64,000 nucleotides of DNA from an uncultured delta proteobacterium (GCA_963845145.1 CAWJQU010000002.1:64001-128000), one strand, 5' to 3'; positions 39,872-53,518 are shown, counted from the first letter of the stretch. Translations and numbers: made by a program. The notes: generated by a model not told the origin, from the sequence alone.

Positions 39872-41306
39872 CAATCTAATGAGCAGCCCAATGAGCAGCA
39901 AGGCTATGCCGGATCACATTCAAACCGATTGCCATGCCAGCCGGGAGTTTCTGCTAAATACACCTGCTGTGCCCGATTATCGCGTTCAACCGTTACCGCC
40001 GGATGAGAACCAGATCCATCGCCTTACCGAAGAATTTTTAACCCTGGCCACCGGCGAGACGCTGGTCAACCAGTGGCTTGAACAATTTGATCCAGCAAAA
40101 GGGTTTGGCGCCATGGTATTCCGGATAGATACGGGCAATACCAGGAAATCCGATCCCAATCCAAATCCCGGTCCCGAAGAAACCGATACCCAGGTAACCG
40201 AAATCGATGATGACCGTTTGATCCGTCTGGCCCGTATACTGAACGAAACGGCTCAAACCAGCGAGGGCTTTTGGGGTTTGATGTACAATGGGATTTTAGG
40301 CCTGTTCCTTTTAGGATCAAACCCTGAAGATTATTCCCGTGTTGCCGATAAGATCCGAACCGCCTTCAATCACACCTCAGAGGCCGGACTATCCATAGGA
40401 CTATCCATCGGGCTGGCCGTTTATCCCGATGACCATACCAATGAAGGGCAGGTCATGGGAGATGCCGTTAAAGCGCTGGACCACGCCGCCTTCCTCGGCC
40501 ACAATACCACGGTGTTCTTTGATGCCGTCAGCCTCAATATCAGCGGCGACAGGCTTTATTCCGAAGGGGATATCGAAGGCAGCATCCGGGAATTTGAGCG
40601 TGCCCTGAAGCTGGATGCCTCAAATGTCAATGTCCGTAACAGTCTGGGTGTCTGCTACGGGGTGTTAAAGGAATACAACAAGGCCCTTTCCCAATTTGAG
40701 GCGGCCATTCAGTCGGCCCCCGGCGAAGTAATGGCAATCTATAATTATGGCTTGGTGAAACTGCTGATCCATCATCCGAATCAGGCGCTGGACTACTTTC
40801 TCCAGGCCGAACGTATCCGTGGTGACATTTTCGAGGTCGTTTATCATATCGGTAAAGTTTATGTTGAACTCAACGAACCGGCAAAGGCGCTGACGTATCT
40901 GACCCGGGCGGAAACGCTGAACGCCAATACCGCCGGTGTTTACCGACTGATGGGGCGCTGCCATGCCGACCTGGGTGCCCAAGATCAGGCCATTGCCGCC
41001 TATACCCAGGCGGTTCGAATCAACCCCGACGATGCCCAGGCACTTTCGGATTTGGGTCGTCAGTACGATCTTCGTGACGAAAATCATGAAATCGCCATGC
41101 TATTTTGTGAACGCAGTACCCAGATTGATCAAAACAATGGACGCTTTCATCATCGCCTGGGCCGGTTGTATCTGAAGGCCCAAGAACCTTCCCGAGCGCT
41201 GGCATCCTTTGAAAAAGCACATGCCCTGGGGTTCGACTCCCAGATCGCCATTGATGATATCAATCGCATGTTGGCCCCAAAAATCGAAAAAGCGAGCACC
41301 ATGTAG
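39864..41306 (+). CDS. Degenerate GGDEF-like domain plus TPR repeat protein
   Basis: SIGLAVYP...AVKALDHA cyclase-fold tail without GGDEF motif, followed by several TPRs. Confidence 0.7.
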   Translation: MNNNLMSSPMSSKAMPDHIQTDCHASREFLLNTPAVPDYRVQPLPPDENQIHRLTEEFLTLATGETLVNQWLEQFDPAKGFGAMVFRIDTGNTRKSDPNPNPGPEETDTQVTEIDDDRLIRLARILNETAQTSEGFWGLMYNGILGLFLLGSNPEDYSRVADKIRTAFNHTSEAGLSIGLSIGLAVYPDDHTNEGQVMGDAVKALDHAAFLGHNTTVFFDAVSLNISGDRLYSEGDIEGSIREFERALKLDASNVNVRNSLGVCYGVLKEYNKALSQFEAAIQSAPGEVMAIYNYGLVKLLIHHPNQALDYFLQAERIRGDIFEVVYHIGKVYVELNEPAKALTYLTRAETLNANTAGVYRLMGRCHADLGAQDQAIAAYTQAVRINPDDAQALSDLGRQYDLRDENHEIAMLFCERSTQIDQNNGRFHHRLGRLYLKAQEPSRALASFEKAHALGFDSQIAIDDINRMLAPKIEKASTM

Positions 41307-41375
41307 CCTCGTTAATTGCATTGAAATGATTGATCTTGATGCATAAAGTATTACCATTTAACAGGAGACTTGATT

Positions 41376-41609
41376 ATGCCCATATACGAATATCATTGCG
41401 ATGCCTGCCGGAAAGATTTCGAGCATTTGGTCTTAAGCGGCAGTGAACCTGACGCGTGCCCTCATTGCCAAAGCCCGGCGGTTTGTCGCCTCATGTCCGC
41501 CTGTGGATTCTTAAGCAAGGGCGGTGGTGGCGAAACCATGAAATCATCGGCCGGGGCGTCCGCCTGCGGCAGCTGCAGCTCCGGGAGTTGCACGAGCTGC
41601 GGGCATTAA
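41376..41609 (+). CDS. FmdB-family zinc ribbon protein
   Basis: MPIYEYHCDAC...CPHC; Cys-rich tail; AGGAG RBS. Confidence 0.88.
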   Translation: MPIYEYHCDACRKDFEHLVLSGSEPDACPHCQSPAVCRLMSACGFLSKGGGGETMKSSAGASACGSCSSGSCTSCGH

Positions 41610-42544
41610 TGGATACCTCCCTGGTCATTGGTACCCGCGGCAGCAAGCTGGCCCTGTGGCAGGCCCGATGGGTTCAATCTGCCCTTGAGAAGCATCACCC
41701 CGGTCTGAAAATATCGATTCATACGATTAAAACCAAAGGGGACAAGATCCTCGATGTTCCTTTGGCTAAAGTGGGCGGGAAGGGGCTTTTTGTCAAAGAA
41801 ATCGAGAATGCCCTGCTGGATGGCCGCATTGATCTGGCCGTTCACAGTATGAAAGACATGCCGGCGGGAATTCCGAAAGGCTTACAAATCGGGGCCGTCC
41901 CCCTGAGGGAAACCCCTGAGGATGTATTGATCAGCCGAGAAAATGTCGCTTTTGCGGACCTGCCCGCCAATGCCAAAATCGGCACCAGCAGCCTTCGGCG
42001 GGCGGCGCAACTGCTGGCCCAAAAACCGGGGCTGAACATTCAACCGCTACGGGGCAACCTGGACACCCGCCTTAAAAAACTGGTTCAGGAAAATTTTGAT
42101 GCCATTGTGCTGGCTGCGGCCGGTGTCAAACGGCTCGGTCTGGAAGACCGCATTACCGAGTACCTTAATACGGACCTGATGCTACCGGCGGTGGGCCAGG
42201 GGGCGCTCTGTATTGAAATTCGAAACGACGATCCTACCGTGAATGCCGCTGTTTCGGTTTTAAATGATCCAGGCACGCACACGGCGGTCTCGGCCGAACG
42301 GGCCTTTTTAAACCGACTGGAAGGCGGTTGCCAAACCCCCATCGCCGCTTATGGCCAAATGACGGACGATCAGGTTCACTTAATCGGCCTGGTGGCAAGC
42401 TTAGACGGCAAAACGATATACAAACACGCCCTAAAAGGCCCTCGCCGGGAAGCCGCAAACCTCGGCACGCGTCTTGCCGATCTACTGCTCGACAAGGGGG
42501 CCAGGGTCATTCTCGAAACATTAAAGGATTCCGCCAATGCCTGA
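41609..42544 (+). CDS. hemC: Hydroxymethylbilane synthase
   Basis: IGTRGSKLALWQA, GKGLFVKE, VHSMKD, GTSSLRR, LEGGCQ; start overlaps upstream TAA. Confidence 0.97.
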   Translation: MDTSLVIGTRGSKLALWQARWVQSALEKHHPGLKISIHTIKTKGDKILDVPLAKVGGKGLFVKEIENALLDGRIDLAVHSMKDMPAGIPKGLQIGAVPLRETPEDVLISRENVAFADLPANAKIGTSSLRRAAQLLAQKPGLNIQPLRGNLDTRLKKLVQENFDAIVLAAAGVKRLGLEDRITEYLNTDLMLPAVGQGALCIEIRNDDPTVNAAVSVLNDPGTHTAVSAERAFLNRLEGGCQTPIAAYGQMTDDQVHLIGLVASLDGKTIYKHALKGPRREAANLGTRLADLLLDKGARVILETLKDSANA

Positions 42545-44078
42545 AAATAATGGTATCGTCTATCTCGTCGGCGCCGGCCCCGGAGATCCCGGTCTAATCA
42601 CCGTAAAGGGTATGGAGTGTATCCGTACAGCCGAGGTCGTTATCTACGATTACCTCGCCTCACCCATCCTTTTATCCGCTACGGCACCGCAAGCCGAATG
42701 TATATACGTAGGGAAAAAAGGCGGTGACCACACACTATCCCAGGATGAAATTAACGCCCTGATCTGTAAGAAAGCACTTGAAGGCAAAATCGTCACCCGG
42801 TTAAAAGGCGGCGATCCTTTTATCTTCGGTCGCGGGGGAGAAGAAGCGGAGGTCCTCGTTGACAATAAGATCCCCTTTGAAATCGTCCCAGGCGTAACCT
42901 CGGCCATCGCCGCACCGGCCTATGCCGGCATCCCTCTCACTCACCGTGACCACAACGCCACGGTCGCTTTCGTCACCGGGCACGAAGATCCCACCAAAGA
43001 GGAATCGTTGATCAATTGGCCGGCTTTGGCGACAGGCATCGGTACCGTCGTGTTTCTCATGGGGGTTAAAAATCTTCCCAAAATCGTTGACCAACTGATC
43101 GTCAACGGAAGGTCGCCCAGCACGCCTGTGGCACTGGTCCGCTGGGGGACACGGCCGATTCAGACCTCTGTCACCGGAACCCTCGAAACCATTGTAAAAA
43201 ACGTCGCCGAAGCGGGGCTTAAGGCTCCGGCAATTATCGTGGTAGGCGATGTCGTCATCTTAAGAGAGCGACTGAAGTGGTTTGAAAACAGACCGCTGTT
43301 TGGTCGACGCATTCTCGTCACGCGTGCCCGCCAGCAGGCCAGCAATTTGTTGAAAGCATTGTCTGATCTGGGGGCCGAATGCGTGTCGTTTCCCACTATC
43401 GATATCACCGCCCCGGAAAACTGGGCCCCGGTCGATGAAGCCATCGCTGCGCTTGACCGGTATGATTGGCTGGTTTTTACCAGTGTTAACGGCGTCGACT
43501 ACTTTTTCAAACGTCTTTTTAAAAACAATAATGACGTTCGTTCCCTGAACCACATTCGTACGGCAGTCATTGGGCCGGCCACGGCGGAACGGCTTCTCAC
43601 TTATGGATTTAAGAGCGATATCCTTCCCAAAACCTACCAGGCGGAATCCGTCGTGGAAGCGTTTGAGAACGAAACCATGGCCGAAAAACGTGTGCTCCTG
43701 CCACGCGCCGCTGAAGCCCGGCCCGTGATACCCCAGGCGCTTAGAAATATGGGGGCAGTGGTCGACGAGGTGACCGCCTATCAAACCCGCCGGATTGTCG
43801 ACAGTGACGGTTCGCTTTTGGCACAATTAGAGGATCATCAAGTTGATCTGATCACCTTTACCAGTTCCTCCACGGTTCGAAACTTTGTTTCTTTATTGCC
43901 GGCGGATCGAATTCAGGAATTGCTTTCTGCGATCACCGTCGTAAGCATTGGTCCGATTACCAGCGATACCGCAGCCGAATTGGGTGTCAAGGTGGACATT
44001 ACCGCTAATGACTACACGATTCCCGGATTAATTGCCGCCATAAGGTCTCACTACGATGGGACGGAGTCAAAGACGTGA
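42537..44078 (+). CDS. cobA: Uroporphyrinogen-III C-methyltransferase/synthase fusion (CobA-HemD)
   Basis: VGAGPGDP, RLKGGDP then HemD half (LVTRA, FTSVNGV, FTSSSTV). Confidence 0.93.
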   Translation: MPENNGIVYLVGAGPGDPGLITVKGMECIRTAEVVIYDYLASPILLSATAPQAECIYVGKKGGDHTLSQDEINALICKKALEGKIVTRLKGGDPFIFGRGGEEAEVLVDNKIPFEIVPGVTSAIAAPAYAGIPLTHRDHNATVAFVTGHEDPTKEESLINWPALATGIGTVVFLMGVKNLPKIVDQLIVNGRSPSTPVALVRWGTRPIQTSVTGTLETIVKNVAEAGLKAPAIIVVGDVVILRERLKWFENRPLFGRRILVTRARQQASNLLKALSDLGAECVSFPTIDITAPENWAPVDEAIAALDRYDWLVFTSVNGVDYFFKRLFKNNNDVRSLNHIRTAVIGPATAERLLTYGFKSDILPKTYQAESVVEAFENETMAEKRVLLPRAAEARPVIPQALRNMGAVVDEVTAYQTRRIVDSDGSLLAQLEDHQVDLITFTSSSTVRNFVSLLPADRIQELLSAITVVSIGPITSDTAAELGVKVDITANDYTIPGLIAAIRSHYDGTESKT

Positions 44079-45088
44079 AGAAAGCTACCGCCACAGAGCA
44101 AAAAACACCCCAGCTTATCGACCGTTATCAGCGGCACCTAAACTATCTGCGCATCTCCATCACCGATCGCTGTAACCTGCGTTGTCTCTATTGCAAGCCG
44201 GAAGGAATTATCCCCAAGCTGCCCCACAACGATATTCTCACCTATGAAGAGATCTTGCGACTGGTGAGGATCGCCGTGGATCTTGGTATTACCAAAGCAC
44301 GGATTACCGGGGGAGAACCGCTTGTTCGTAAGGGGGTATGTCAATTTCTCACCCAGCTGGCTCAAATGGACGGCTTGACCGACGTATCCCTAACCACCAA
44401 TGGCGTCATGCTTGGGCAATACCTGGACCGGATCAAAGCCGCCGGGGTCAATCGGCTCAATATCAGCCTGGATACCTTAAAACCTGAAAAGTATCGCCAG
44501 ATTACCGGGCGAGACAATTTCCAGCAGGTTGTGGAGGCCATCCATGGGGCCCGCAAGCTTGGATTCTCTCCGATTAAAATTAATGTGGTCGCCCTAAAAG
44601 GATACAATGATGAAGAGTTAACCGACATGGCCCGGCTTTCCATCACCTATCCTTTTCATGTACGCTTTATCGAATATATGCCTATCGGTATTGCAAAAAT
44701 GCAACGGGGTGACCGCCTTAGCACGACGGATATTAAAAAGAGAATAATGGAGTTGGGACCGCTTCTGCCGGTTCAAAGGGACACGCATGACGGTCCTGCC
44801 GAACGGTTTCGTTTTGCTGATGCCGCCGGGGAAATCGGATTTATCAGCCCCATTAGCCATCACTTTTGCGACGCATGCAACCGGCTGCGGATAAGCGCAA
44901 GCGGAAAACTCAGATCATGCCTTATGTCCGATAACCAACAGGATCTGCGCCGGCTTCTTCGACAAGGGGGTTCCGACGAGGAGATCATTCGTGTATTTTT
45001 GACCTCGGTACATAAAAAACCCGCAAGACACCATATCACCGATTCAAAAAAGCGGGTAAACAGTCAAATGTCGTCTATCGGCGGATAG
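44075..45088 (+). CDS. moaA: GTP 3',8-cyclase
   Basis: CNLRCLYC, TGGEP, FCDACNRLR, C-terminal IGG. Confidence 0.97.
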   Translation: MKKATATEQKTPQLIDRYQRHLNYLRISITDRCNLRCLYCKPEGIIPKLPHNDILTYEEILRLVRIAVDLGITKARITGGEPLVRKGVCQFLTQLAQMDGLTDVSLTTNGVMLGQYLDRIKAAGVNRLNISLDTLKPEKYRQITGRDNFQQVVEAIHGARKLGFSPIKINVVALKGYNDEELTDMARLSITYPFHVRFIEYMPIGIAKMQRGDRLSTTDIKKRIMELGPLLPVQRDTHDGPAERFRFADAAGEIGFISPISHHFCDACNRLRISASGKLRSCLMSDNQQDLRRLLRQGGSDEEIIRVFLTSVHKKPARHHITDSKKRVNSQMSSIGG

Positions 45089-45194
45089 TTTATCTAGCCG
45101 GCGATAAGCAGCCCCACCTTTAGCCACGGAAAAAATAAATATGGGCTTCAACAACTGCCTATTTGCAAATTTAATCCGGAATTGGGGAAAGTAG

Positions 45195-45596
45195 ATGGAC
45201 CCGATTATTTGGTCGGAAAACTTTAGTGTTGGTGTAAAAACACTCGATAAACAACATAAGCAATTGGTTTCTATTTTAAATAAGATACTCAAGGCCCCGA
45301 CCCTCACCACTGCCTCGGAAACCGTCTCGGACATCTTGACGGAGATGACCCAATACGCACGGGAACACTTCCGTTACGAAGAAAAACTGATGCTTGATCA
45401 TGGCTTTCCCGGATTTGAACAACACAAGAAATCTCACATAGCGTTTTCGAAAAAAGTGGCGGAATTATCCCTGGCAACGATGGGGGACCTTGATGATGTC
45501 CCCCAGGAATTGATGGATTACCTTTTTCAATGGCTGCAGCAGCATATTTTACATGAAGACATGAAATACAAAGCGTTTTTTAAGACCAAAATATAA
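45195..45596 (+). CDS. Bacteriohemerythrin
   Basis: D.QH, HF..EE, H...H, HI..ED iron ligands. Confidence 0.92.
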   Translation: MDPIIWSENFSVGVKTLDKQHKQLVSILNKILKAPTLTTASETVSDILTEMTQYAREHFRYEEKLMLDHGFPGFEQHKKSHIAFSKKVAELSLATMGDLDDVPQELMDYLFQWLQQHILHEDMKYKAFFKTKI

Positions 45597-45628
45597 AGTG
45601 TGCAAAATAACACTTTCGGGAGGATAAC

Positions 45629-46090
45629 ATGACGTTTTCAATCCCATTATTATGGTTTCTGGCCGGCGTTGTATTTTTAATCGCCGAGTGGGGCGTTCCG
45701 GGAATCATTTTAATATTTTTCACCGCCGGGTGCTGGATCGTTGCCATCATTGTTTGGTTGTTTGATATTGCTTTAACGACTCAGATTGTTCTTTTTATGC
45801 TTTCATCATTGATACTGCTTTTTACACTGCGGAAATACAGCCTAACAATTTTCAGGGGTAAAACACGTGATACGATTGACGACCAGTATGCCGAATCAAA
45901 GATTGGAAAAACGGCTGTCGTCACCAAGCTGATATCGCCGGCGCTACCGGGTGAAATAAAATTGATGGGCAGTTTTTGGCGCGCCGTTGCCGATGTTAAG
46001 ATAGAGACAGAGAAACCGGTAAAGATTATAAGTCAGGAATCTGAAGGCGGATTGACATTCAGGGTTAAACCGATAAAGGAGGACGAATGA
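45629..46090 (+). CDS. NfeD-like membrane protein
   Basis: TM N-terminus, IGKTAVV..G....G..WRA OB-fold tail; precedes SPFH gene. Confidence 0.85.
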   Translation: MTFSIPLLWFLAGVVFLIAEWGVPGIILIFFTAGCWIVAIIVWLFDIALTTQIVLFMLSSLILLFTLRKYSLTIFRGKTRDTIDDQYAESKIGKTAVVTKLISPALPGEIKLMGSFWRAVADVKIETEKPVKIISQESEGGLTFRVKPIKEDE

Positions 46091-47037
46091 GTTCATCATT
46101 GATAGTCGTCGTTGTTTTAGCCGTTATTTTAATTGCCTTACTGGTTAAAACCGCCGTAATCGTACCCCAGCGGTCAGAATATATTGTCGAGCGGTTGGGA
46201 AAATACAATAAAACCTTTGGGGCGGGATTTCATATCCTCATCCCCTTTCTTGACACTGTGGCTTATAAAAGGTCCCTAAAAGAAGAAGTGCTCGATATTG
46301 CCTCACAGGATTGTATTACCACCGATAATGTTTCAGTCGCCGTTGACGGCGTGCTTTATCTGCAAGTCGTGGATAGTAAACTATCGGCCTATGGCATTGA
46401 TAATTATCGAATCGCGGCCAGCCAGCTGGCACAGACCTCGCTACGGTCGGTTATCGGCAAAATTGAGCTGGATAAAACCTTTGAGGAAAGGGAAACGCTA
46501 AACCAGCAAGTCGTTGCCGCGATTGATGAGGCTGCCCAGAACTGGGGCGTCAAGGTACTGCGGTATGAAATCAAAGATATCACACCCCCTAAAACCGTCA
46601 TGGATGCCATGGAAAAACAGATGAAGGCCGAACGCGAAAAAAGGGCCTCCATCGCCACATCCGAAGGCGATCGCCAATCCCGGATTAACCGGGCCGAGGG
46701 GTTGAAGAAAGAGGCGATTCAGGTGTCCGAAGGTGAAAAGCAAAAACGCATCAATGAAGCTGAAGGTCAAGCTAAAGAGATCCTGCTGGTTGCCCATGCC
46801 ACTGCGGAAGGCATTAAAAAAATTGCCGAATCCTTAAGCCATGCCGGGGGCGAAACCGCAGCCAACCTGAGAGTTGCCGAAAGATACATTGCCGAATTCG
46901 GAAAACTGGCCAAAGAGAACAATACGATGATCATTCCTGCCAACATGGGGGATGTATCATCCATGGTCGCCACGGTCATGTCTGTGTTGGAACACTCCAA
47001 ACAGGAAAAAGACAAAATAAGTCGTATGGGTGAATAG
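46087..47037 (+). CDS. SPFH/stomatin-like protein
   Basis: VERLGKY, QTSLRSVIG, WGVKVLRYEI, QMKAEREKRA. Confidence 0.93.
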   Translation: MSSSLIVVVVLAVILIALLVKTAVIVPQRSEYIVERLGKYNKTFGAGFHILIPFLDTVAYKRSLKEEVLDIASQDCITTDNVSVAVDGVLYLQVVDSKLSAYGIDNYRIAASQLAQTSLRSVIGKIELDKTFEERETLNQQVVAAIDEAAQNWGVKVLRYEIKDITPPKTVMDAMEKQMKAEREKRASIATSEGDRQSRINRAEGLKKEAIQVSEGEKQKRINEAEGQAKEILLVAHATAEGIKKIAESLSHAGGETAANLRVAERYIAEFGKLAKENNTMIIPANMGDVSSMVATVMSVLEHSKQEKDKISRMGE

Positions 47038-47102
47038 GGGCTGTGAATAAGGCGTTGGGAACCATCAGCGCGGATTAAATTTATACGCACTACCTTTTAC
47101 CG

Positions 47103-49136
<2,034 letters not shown>

Positions 49137-49184
49137 TCAAGTACCTCCAAGAATTTATAAAAACCCGTTAGTCATTTAAAATAA

Positions 49185-51647
49185 TCAGGATCGGTAGAGT
49201 CGCAAACTGTTGGTGACGACGGTGACACTGCTTAAAGACATGGCCAGAGCGGCCATGATCGGGTGAAGTTGCCGTAATAGGGTGGGTAAAAATTCAAACG
49301 GATAGAGTGCGCCGGCCGCCACGGGAATCAGGATGATATTGTAAATAAACGCCCAGAAAAGGTTTTGGCGGATCGTACGCATGGTGGCACGACTGAAATC
49401 AATGGCCCTGGGCACCCCCTTGAGGCTACCGCCCGACAGAATCACGTCAGCGGTTTCAATGGCGACGTCCGTCCCGGTGCCGATGGCAATGCCCACATCT
49501 GCCTGGGCGAGTGCAGGTGCATCATTGATGCCGTCACCTACCATAGCCACCCTTTTCCCTTCCGATTGTAGGGATTTGATCTTTTCCGATTTTTCTTCCG
49601 GTCTCACCTCGGCGAAGATCGTCTCAATCTCCACATCGCGTGCAATCGCCCGGGCGGTTTCAAGATTGTCGCCGGTCAGCATGACGACCTGAAGTCCCTG
49701 CCGGTGAAGGCTTCGGACCGCATCGGCAGATTCTTTTTTAATGATATCGGCGACGGATAGCAAGCCGACCGGGGTTGAATCGGCGGCAACGACCATCACG
49801 GTTCGTCCTTTGGACTGCAGGGACTTGATTTGGTCCGTGATTTTTTCAAGATCAATACCCAGCTGCGCAAACCAGCCGGGTTTTCCTACCTGCAACATAA
49901 CGCCGTCCACGTTGGCTTCCACACCGAGCCCACCCAAAGCACGAAAGCCGCTTGATTTGGAGAGATGCAAGCCTCTCTTTTTGGCCTCGCGGACCACGGC
50001 TTTGCCCACTGGATGTTCCGAACCGCTCTCAACCGCTGCCGCAGCCATCAACAAGGCATCTTCATCGTTGAATCTTTGGACGGACCCGCCACCGATTCCA
50101 TGGTCAATCAGAATCGTATCGGTCAACTCGGGACGACCGGCGGTAATGGTTCCGGTTTTATCCAAAACCACAGTGTTAAGCTTGGTGGATGTTTCCAGAG
50201 CCTCACTGTTTTTAAATAAAACCCCTTTTTCCGCCGCTTTTCCGGTGCCGGCCATAATGGCCGTGGGGGTCGCCAATCCCAAGGCACATGGACAGGCAAT
50301 AACCAGCACCGCCACCAACCGAATCATGGCCGGTACGAACTGCCCGCCGATGATCCACCACAGTACAAAAGTTAAAAATGCCAGCCCGATTACCGATGGA
50401 ACAAAGATAGCCGCCACCCGATCGGCCAGGGCCTGTACCGGAGCCTTGCTCCCCTGGGCCTGTTGGACCAGATGAATGATCTGGGCCAGGGCGGTCTCTT
50501 TGCCGACGCGCGTGGCCCGGAAGCGAAGCATGCCCTGCTGATTAAGCGTACCACCCACCACGATATCGCCGGGCCGTTTGTCCACAGGGATCGGCTCACC
50601 GGTCAGCATCGACTCATCCACCGCCGATTCGCCTTCCAATACCTCACCATCCACGGGAATCCCCTGCCCCGGCCGAACGATCACCTCGTCTCCCGTGACA
50701 ACCCGGGTTAATGCGATTTCCCTTTCCTCATCGTCCCTAATGACGACAGCCGTTTTGGGGCTCAAGTCCATAAGCTTGCGGATGGCAACGCCGGTCCGTC
50801 CTTTGGCACGGGCCTCGAGCAGCTTACCCAGCTTTATCAAGGTGATGATCAACGCCGACGTTTCAAAATAGACATGGTTGCCCAACACAGGCATGATCAA
50901 CAGCAACAATGAGTACACATAGGCCACCGAAGAGCCCATGGCCACAAGCACGTCCATATTGGCCGTACGATTCCGCAAGCTCTTAATACTGCCGACGTAA
51001 TAATCCCATCCCGTATAAAATTGCACCGGCGTGGCCAACGCCAAAAACAGCCAATTGACCCATGGTGCGTGGCTCCATGTGCCGGTCAACCCGAAGTCAC
51101 GGGCCATGCTCATGCAAAACAGCGGTACGGCGAAAACGACCCCCACGATGAATTTGCGGGTCTGATTCTTGATTTCCGCCTGACGCGCCTGTTTTTCGAC
51201 ATCCTCGGCGTCGATGGATTCGTCTGGGAGGATCGCTTCGAATCCAGCTCTGTGAATGGCCGCCGCCATCTCCTCCAATGATGTTATTCCCGGAAGATAC
51301 GTGGCGGAGACGCGTTCCGAAGCAAAATTTACCCCGGCGGAGAGAACCCCCGGCACCTTTTTGTTGAGCGTCCGCTCAATAGTCATGGCACAATTGGTGC
51401 AGGTCATGCCAGTTACAGGGAATTCCGCTTCGGCGGTGTTCACTTTAAAACCACTTTTGTGAATTCGGTCCACAATCTCGGACGGCTGGATCGATTGCGA
51501 ATCAAACTCGACCGTCGCCATTTCAGCGGCAAAATTAACATTCACCTGTTTGATGCCGTCTAACCTTTTGACGCTCCGTTCGATATTTAATGCACAGTTG
51601 GCACAGGTCATCCCGGCGACGGGAAAGGTAATGGTTTCTTGACCCAT
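49185..51647 (-). CDS. copA: Cu(I)-translocating P1B-type ATPase
   Basis: Two GMTCxxC domains, [22 protein letters not shown], MxxSS. Confidence 0.95.
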   Translation of the reverse strand: MGQETITFPVAGMTCANCALNIERSVKRLDGIKQVNVNFAAEMATVEFDSQSIQPSEIVDRIHKSGFKVNTAEAEFPVTGMTCTNCAMTIERTLNKKVPGVLSAGVNFASERVSATYLPGITSLEEMAAAIHRAGFEAILPDESIDAEDVEKQARQAEIKNQTRKFIVGVVFAVPLFCMSMARDFGLTGTWSHAPWVNWLFLALATPVQFYTGWDYYVGSIKSLRNRTANMDVLVAMGSSVAYVYSLLLLIMPVLGNHVYFETSALIITLIKLGKLLEARAKGRTGVAIRKLMDLSPKTAVVIRDDEEREIALTRVVTGDEVIVRPGQGIPVDGEVLEGESAVDESMLTGEPIPVDKRPGDIVVGGTLNQQGMLRFRATRVGKETALAQIIHLVQQAQGSKAPVQALADRVAAIFVPSVIGLAFLTFVLWWIIGGQFVPAMIRLVAVLVIACPCALGLATPTAIMAGTGKAAEKGVLFKNSEALETSTKLNTVVLDKTGTITAGRPELTDTILIDHGIGGGSVQRFNDEDALLMAAAAVESGSEHPVGKAVVREAKKRGLHLSKSSGFRALGGLGVEANVDGVMLQVGKPGWFAQLGIDLEKITDQIKSLQSKGRTVMVVAADSTPVGLLSVADIIKKESADAVRSLHRQGLQVVMLTGDNLETARAIARDVEIETIFAEVRPEEKSEKIKSLQSEGKRVAMVGDGINDAPALAQADVGIAIGTGTDVAIETADVILSGGSLKGVPRAIDFSRATMRTIRQNLFWAFIYNIILIPVAAGALYPFEFLPTLLRQLHPIMAALAMSLSSVTVVTNSLRLYRS

Positions 51648-51657
51648 ATCTCTGTTT

Positions 51658-51864
51658 TTAAACCTCGGCAGGGTAATTGATCTCTTTCAGGGTATCGATA
51701 ATCTGGTCCCTGGTCGCCGGTGCTTCCCATTCAACGGTTACGGTTTTCGGATCAATTTGGCCATCAACATCTGCAACGCCTTCAATCTCAGTCAACTCAT
51801 CGTGAATCGCCTTGGTACAATGCCCGCAGGATATATTTGGAATTGTAAATATCTCCTTTGCCAT
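51658..51864 (-). CDS. copZ: Copper chaperone (HMA domain)
   Basis: ISCGHC, 68 aa, directly upstream of copA. Confidence 0.88.
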   Translation of the reverse strand: MAKEIFTIPNISCGHCTKAIHDELTEIEGVADVDGQIDPKTVTVEWEAPATRDQIIDTLKEINYPAEV

Positions 51865-52405
51865 AATCTTGATCTCCTTATAGTAACTATCGATTTTCAG
51901 TCAATTTACTGGGTCCTACTTATGTTGAAACTAAGCATAAACACACAATTGTCGAGCCAAACGGCCGACATTCCAAGCGACCCAATTCGAAACGAAGGTA
52001 AAGAGACAAAAGCCACACCTTCATAAGGCTTGCAAAATGATTTCGATTCGATTTATGATTCTAAAATAATCACGCATCTACTGGAAGAAACATGAAAAAA
52101 GGAGATTGACAATAGCACCTGAATAAGCAATTTATGATCGCCTCCAAACTTACCATGTAGCGTAATATCAATTACAAACAATGCAATATTCTGTGTAGCA
52201 AAGGACAGCAACAACAGACCCAAAAAATACTTGACAGACCGAAATCATTATTGAAAAGATGTCATTATAAATCCGATTGTTTTTTGGCATTTAAATTGCT
52301 TTTGTTTTTTATTTGATTATTTGTTGTAACGAGAAATTAAGCGATAGATGGATATCCAAGCGAACGATTGATATTGAAACCGAACCTTATTCCTGGAGTG
52401 AACAG

Positions 52406-52798
52406 ATGAGCACGGCACCAGTACTTGGCAATAGAACCTGCCCTCGATATCAAGTGTTAAATAGTAGAGTTCAACTCAAATTAAGCGGTATCTTTGGCCG
52501 GTTTGGCAAAGAACTTCACCAACTTTCACTAATCAACCTGAGCACCGCTGGTATTCAGGCGGTCGCAACCAAACGTATTAACCAGCAGAAAGAATACGAT
52601 ATTGCACTCTTGGTACCGGCCTTTCCCGGCCCCATATCAGCCAAAGGCCGCGTGGTATGGCACAAACCCTATACGGCCGATAATCAGAGAGAATATTTTC
52701 GGGTTGGTATCGAATTCACCTATTTCAAAGGTGACGCCATGCGCCAAATCGAGAGCCTCGTAGCCAATCGAGAATTGCGGGAAATGAGCCAATCTTAA
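52406..52798 (+). CDS. PilZ-domain protein
   Basis: RTCPR, NLSTAG, GRVVW, GIEF; GGAG RBS before ATG 52406. Confidence 0.75.
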   Translation: MSTAPVLGNRTCPRYQVLNSRVQLKLSGIFGRFGKELHQLSLINLSTAGIQAVATKRINQQKEYDIALLVPAFPGPISAKGRVVWHKPYTADNQREYFRVGIEFTYFKGDAMRQIESLVANRELREMSQS

Positions 52799-52905
52799 CC
52801 ACGCCAAAACGATAAAGTCCGGGGACCCGCTCGCACCACCCAATCTTTTTAATATTTTAGATTGACATTTGATAATCCTTTTATTAAATACTGCCTCCAC
52901 AACTC

Positions 52906-52981
52906 GGGGCTGTAGCTCAGCTGGGAGAGCGCATGACTGGCAGTCATGAGGTCAGGGGTTCGATCCCCCTCAGCTCCACCA
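52906..52981 (+). tRNA. tRNA-Ala (GGC)
   Basis: 76-nt cloverleaf GGGGCTG...CAGCTCCACCA; anticodon arm CATGA-CTGGCAG-TCATG; GTTCGAT; TTGACA at 52862. Confidence 0.98.
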
Positions 52982-53001
52982 AAAATCAAAAAGGGATAGC
53001 G

Positions 53002-53457
53002 ATGCGATTGTGGATACCTGTTGCATGCATTATCCTCCTTCTTTTCGGGATGGGTGGCGGTTGTCAAAAAAGCGATCAGGATAATATCGCCACTCAAATT
53101 GAAAATCTGAATTCCACCAGCCACGATGTTCGCGAGGCGGCCATCAAGGCCTTGGTGGAAATTGGAAAACCAGCCGTCGAAACGCTTATTACGTCTCTGG
53201 AAAGTACCAATAAGGAAGTTCAAATTTCCGCGTCTCGCGCGTTGGGAGAAATTGGGGATACGCGGGCTATTCAGCCGCTTATTGCGTTGCTCACCGAATC
53301 ATTTGATGTGGATCTGATGTTTGAAGCCGCCATGGCTTTATCATCTCTGGATGAAGAAGAAGCCTGTGGTGAGTTGAAGAAACTGAAGGAATCCTCAAAC
53401 CCCATTATCAGAAAACTCGCCAAAAAACTGCTCAAAGAAAACAATAAGTGTAAATAA
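53002..53457 (+). CDS. HEAT-repeat protein, probable lipoprotein
   Basis: Signal MRLWIPVACIILLLFGMGGGC; VREAAIKAL, ASRALGEIGD.RAI.PL repeats. Confidence 0.75.
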   Translation: MRLWIPVACIILLLFGMGGGCQKSDQDNIATQIENLNSTSHDVREAAIKALVEIGKPAVETLITSLESTNKEVQISASRALGEIGDTRAIQPLIALLTESFDVDLMFEAAMALSSLDEEEACGELKKLKESSNPIIRKLAKKLLKENNKCK

Positions 53458-53486
53458 TACCTAAACGTCCGGCCTCATTTTTGGAC

Positions 53487-53518
53487 AAAAAAAGAGGAGA
53501 CCCTTGCGGTATCTCCTC
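53487..53518 (-). terminator. Intrinsic terminator after dodecin gene
   Basis: GAGGAGA...TCTCCTC hairpin followed by T7 on minus strand. Confidence 0.75.

Noticed and set aside
51865..52405. c-di-GMP riboswitch or sRNA in AT-rich spacers near PilZ genes (also 9487-9900)
   Set aside because: No recognisable aptamer consensus or strong terminator-bounded structure; a covariance-model search would be needed
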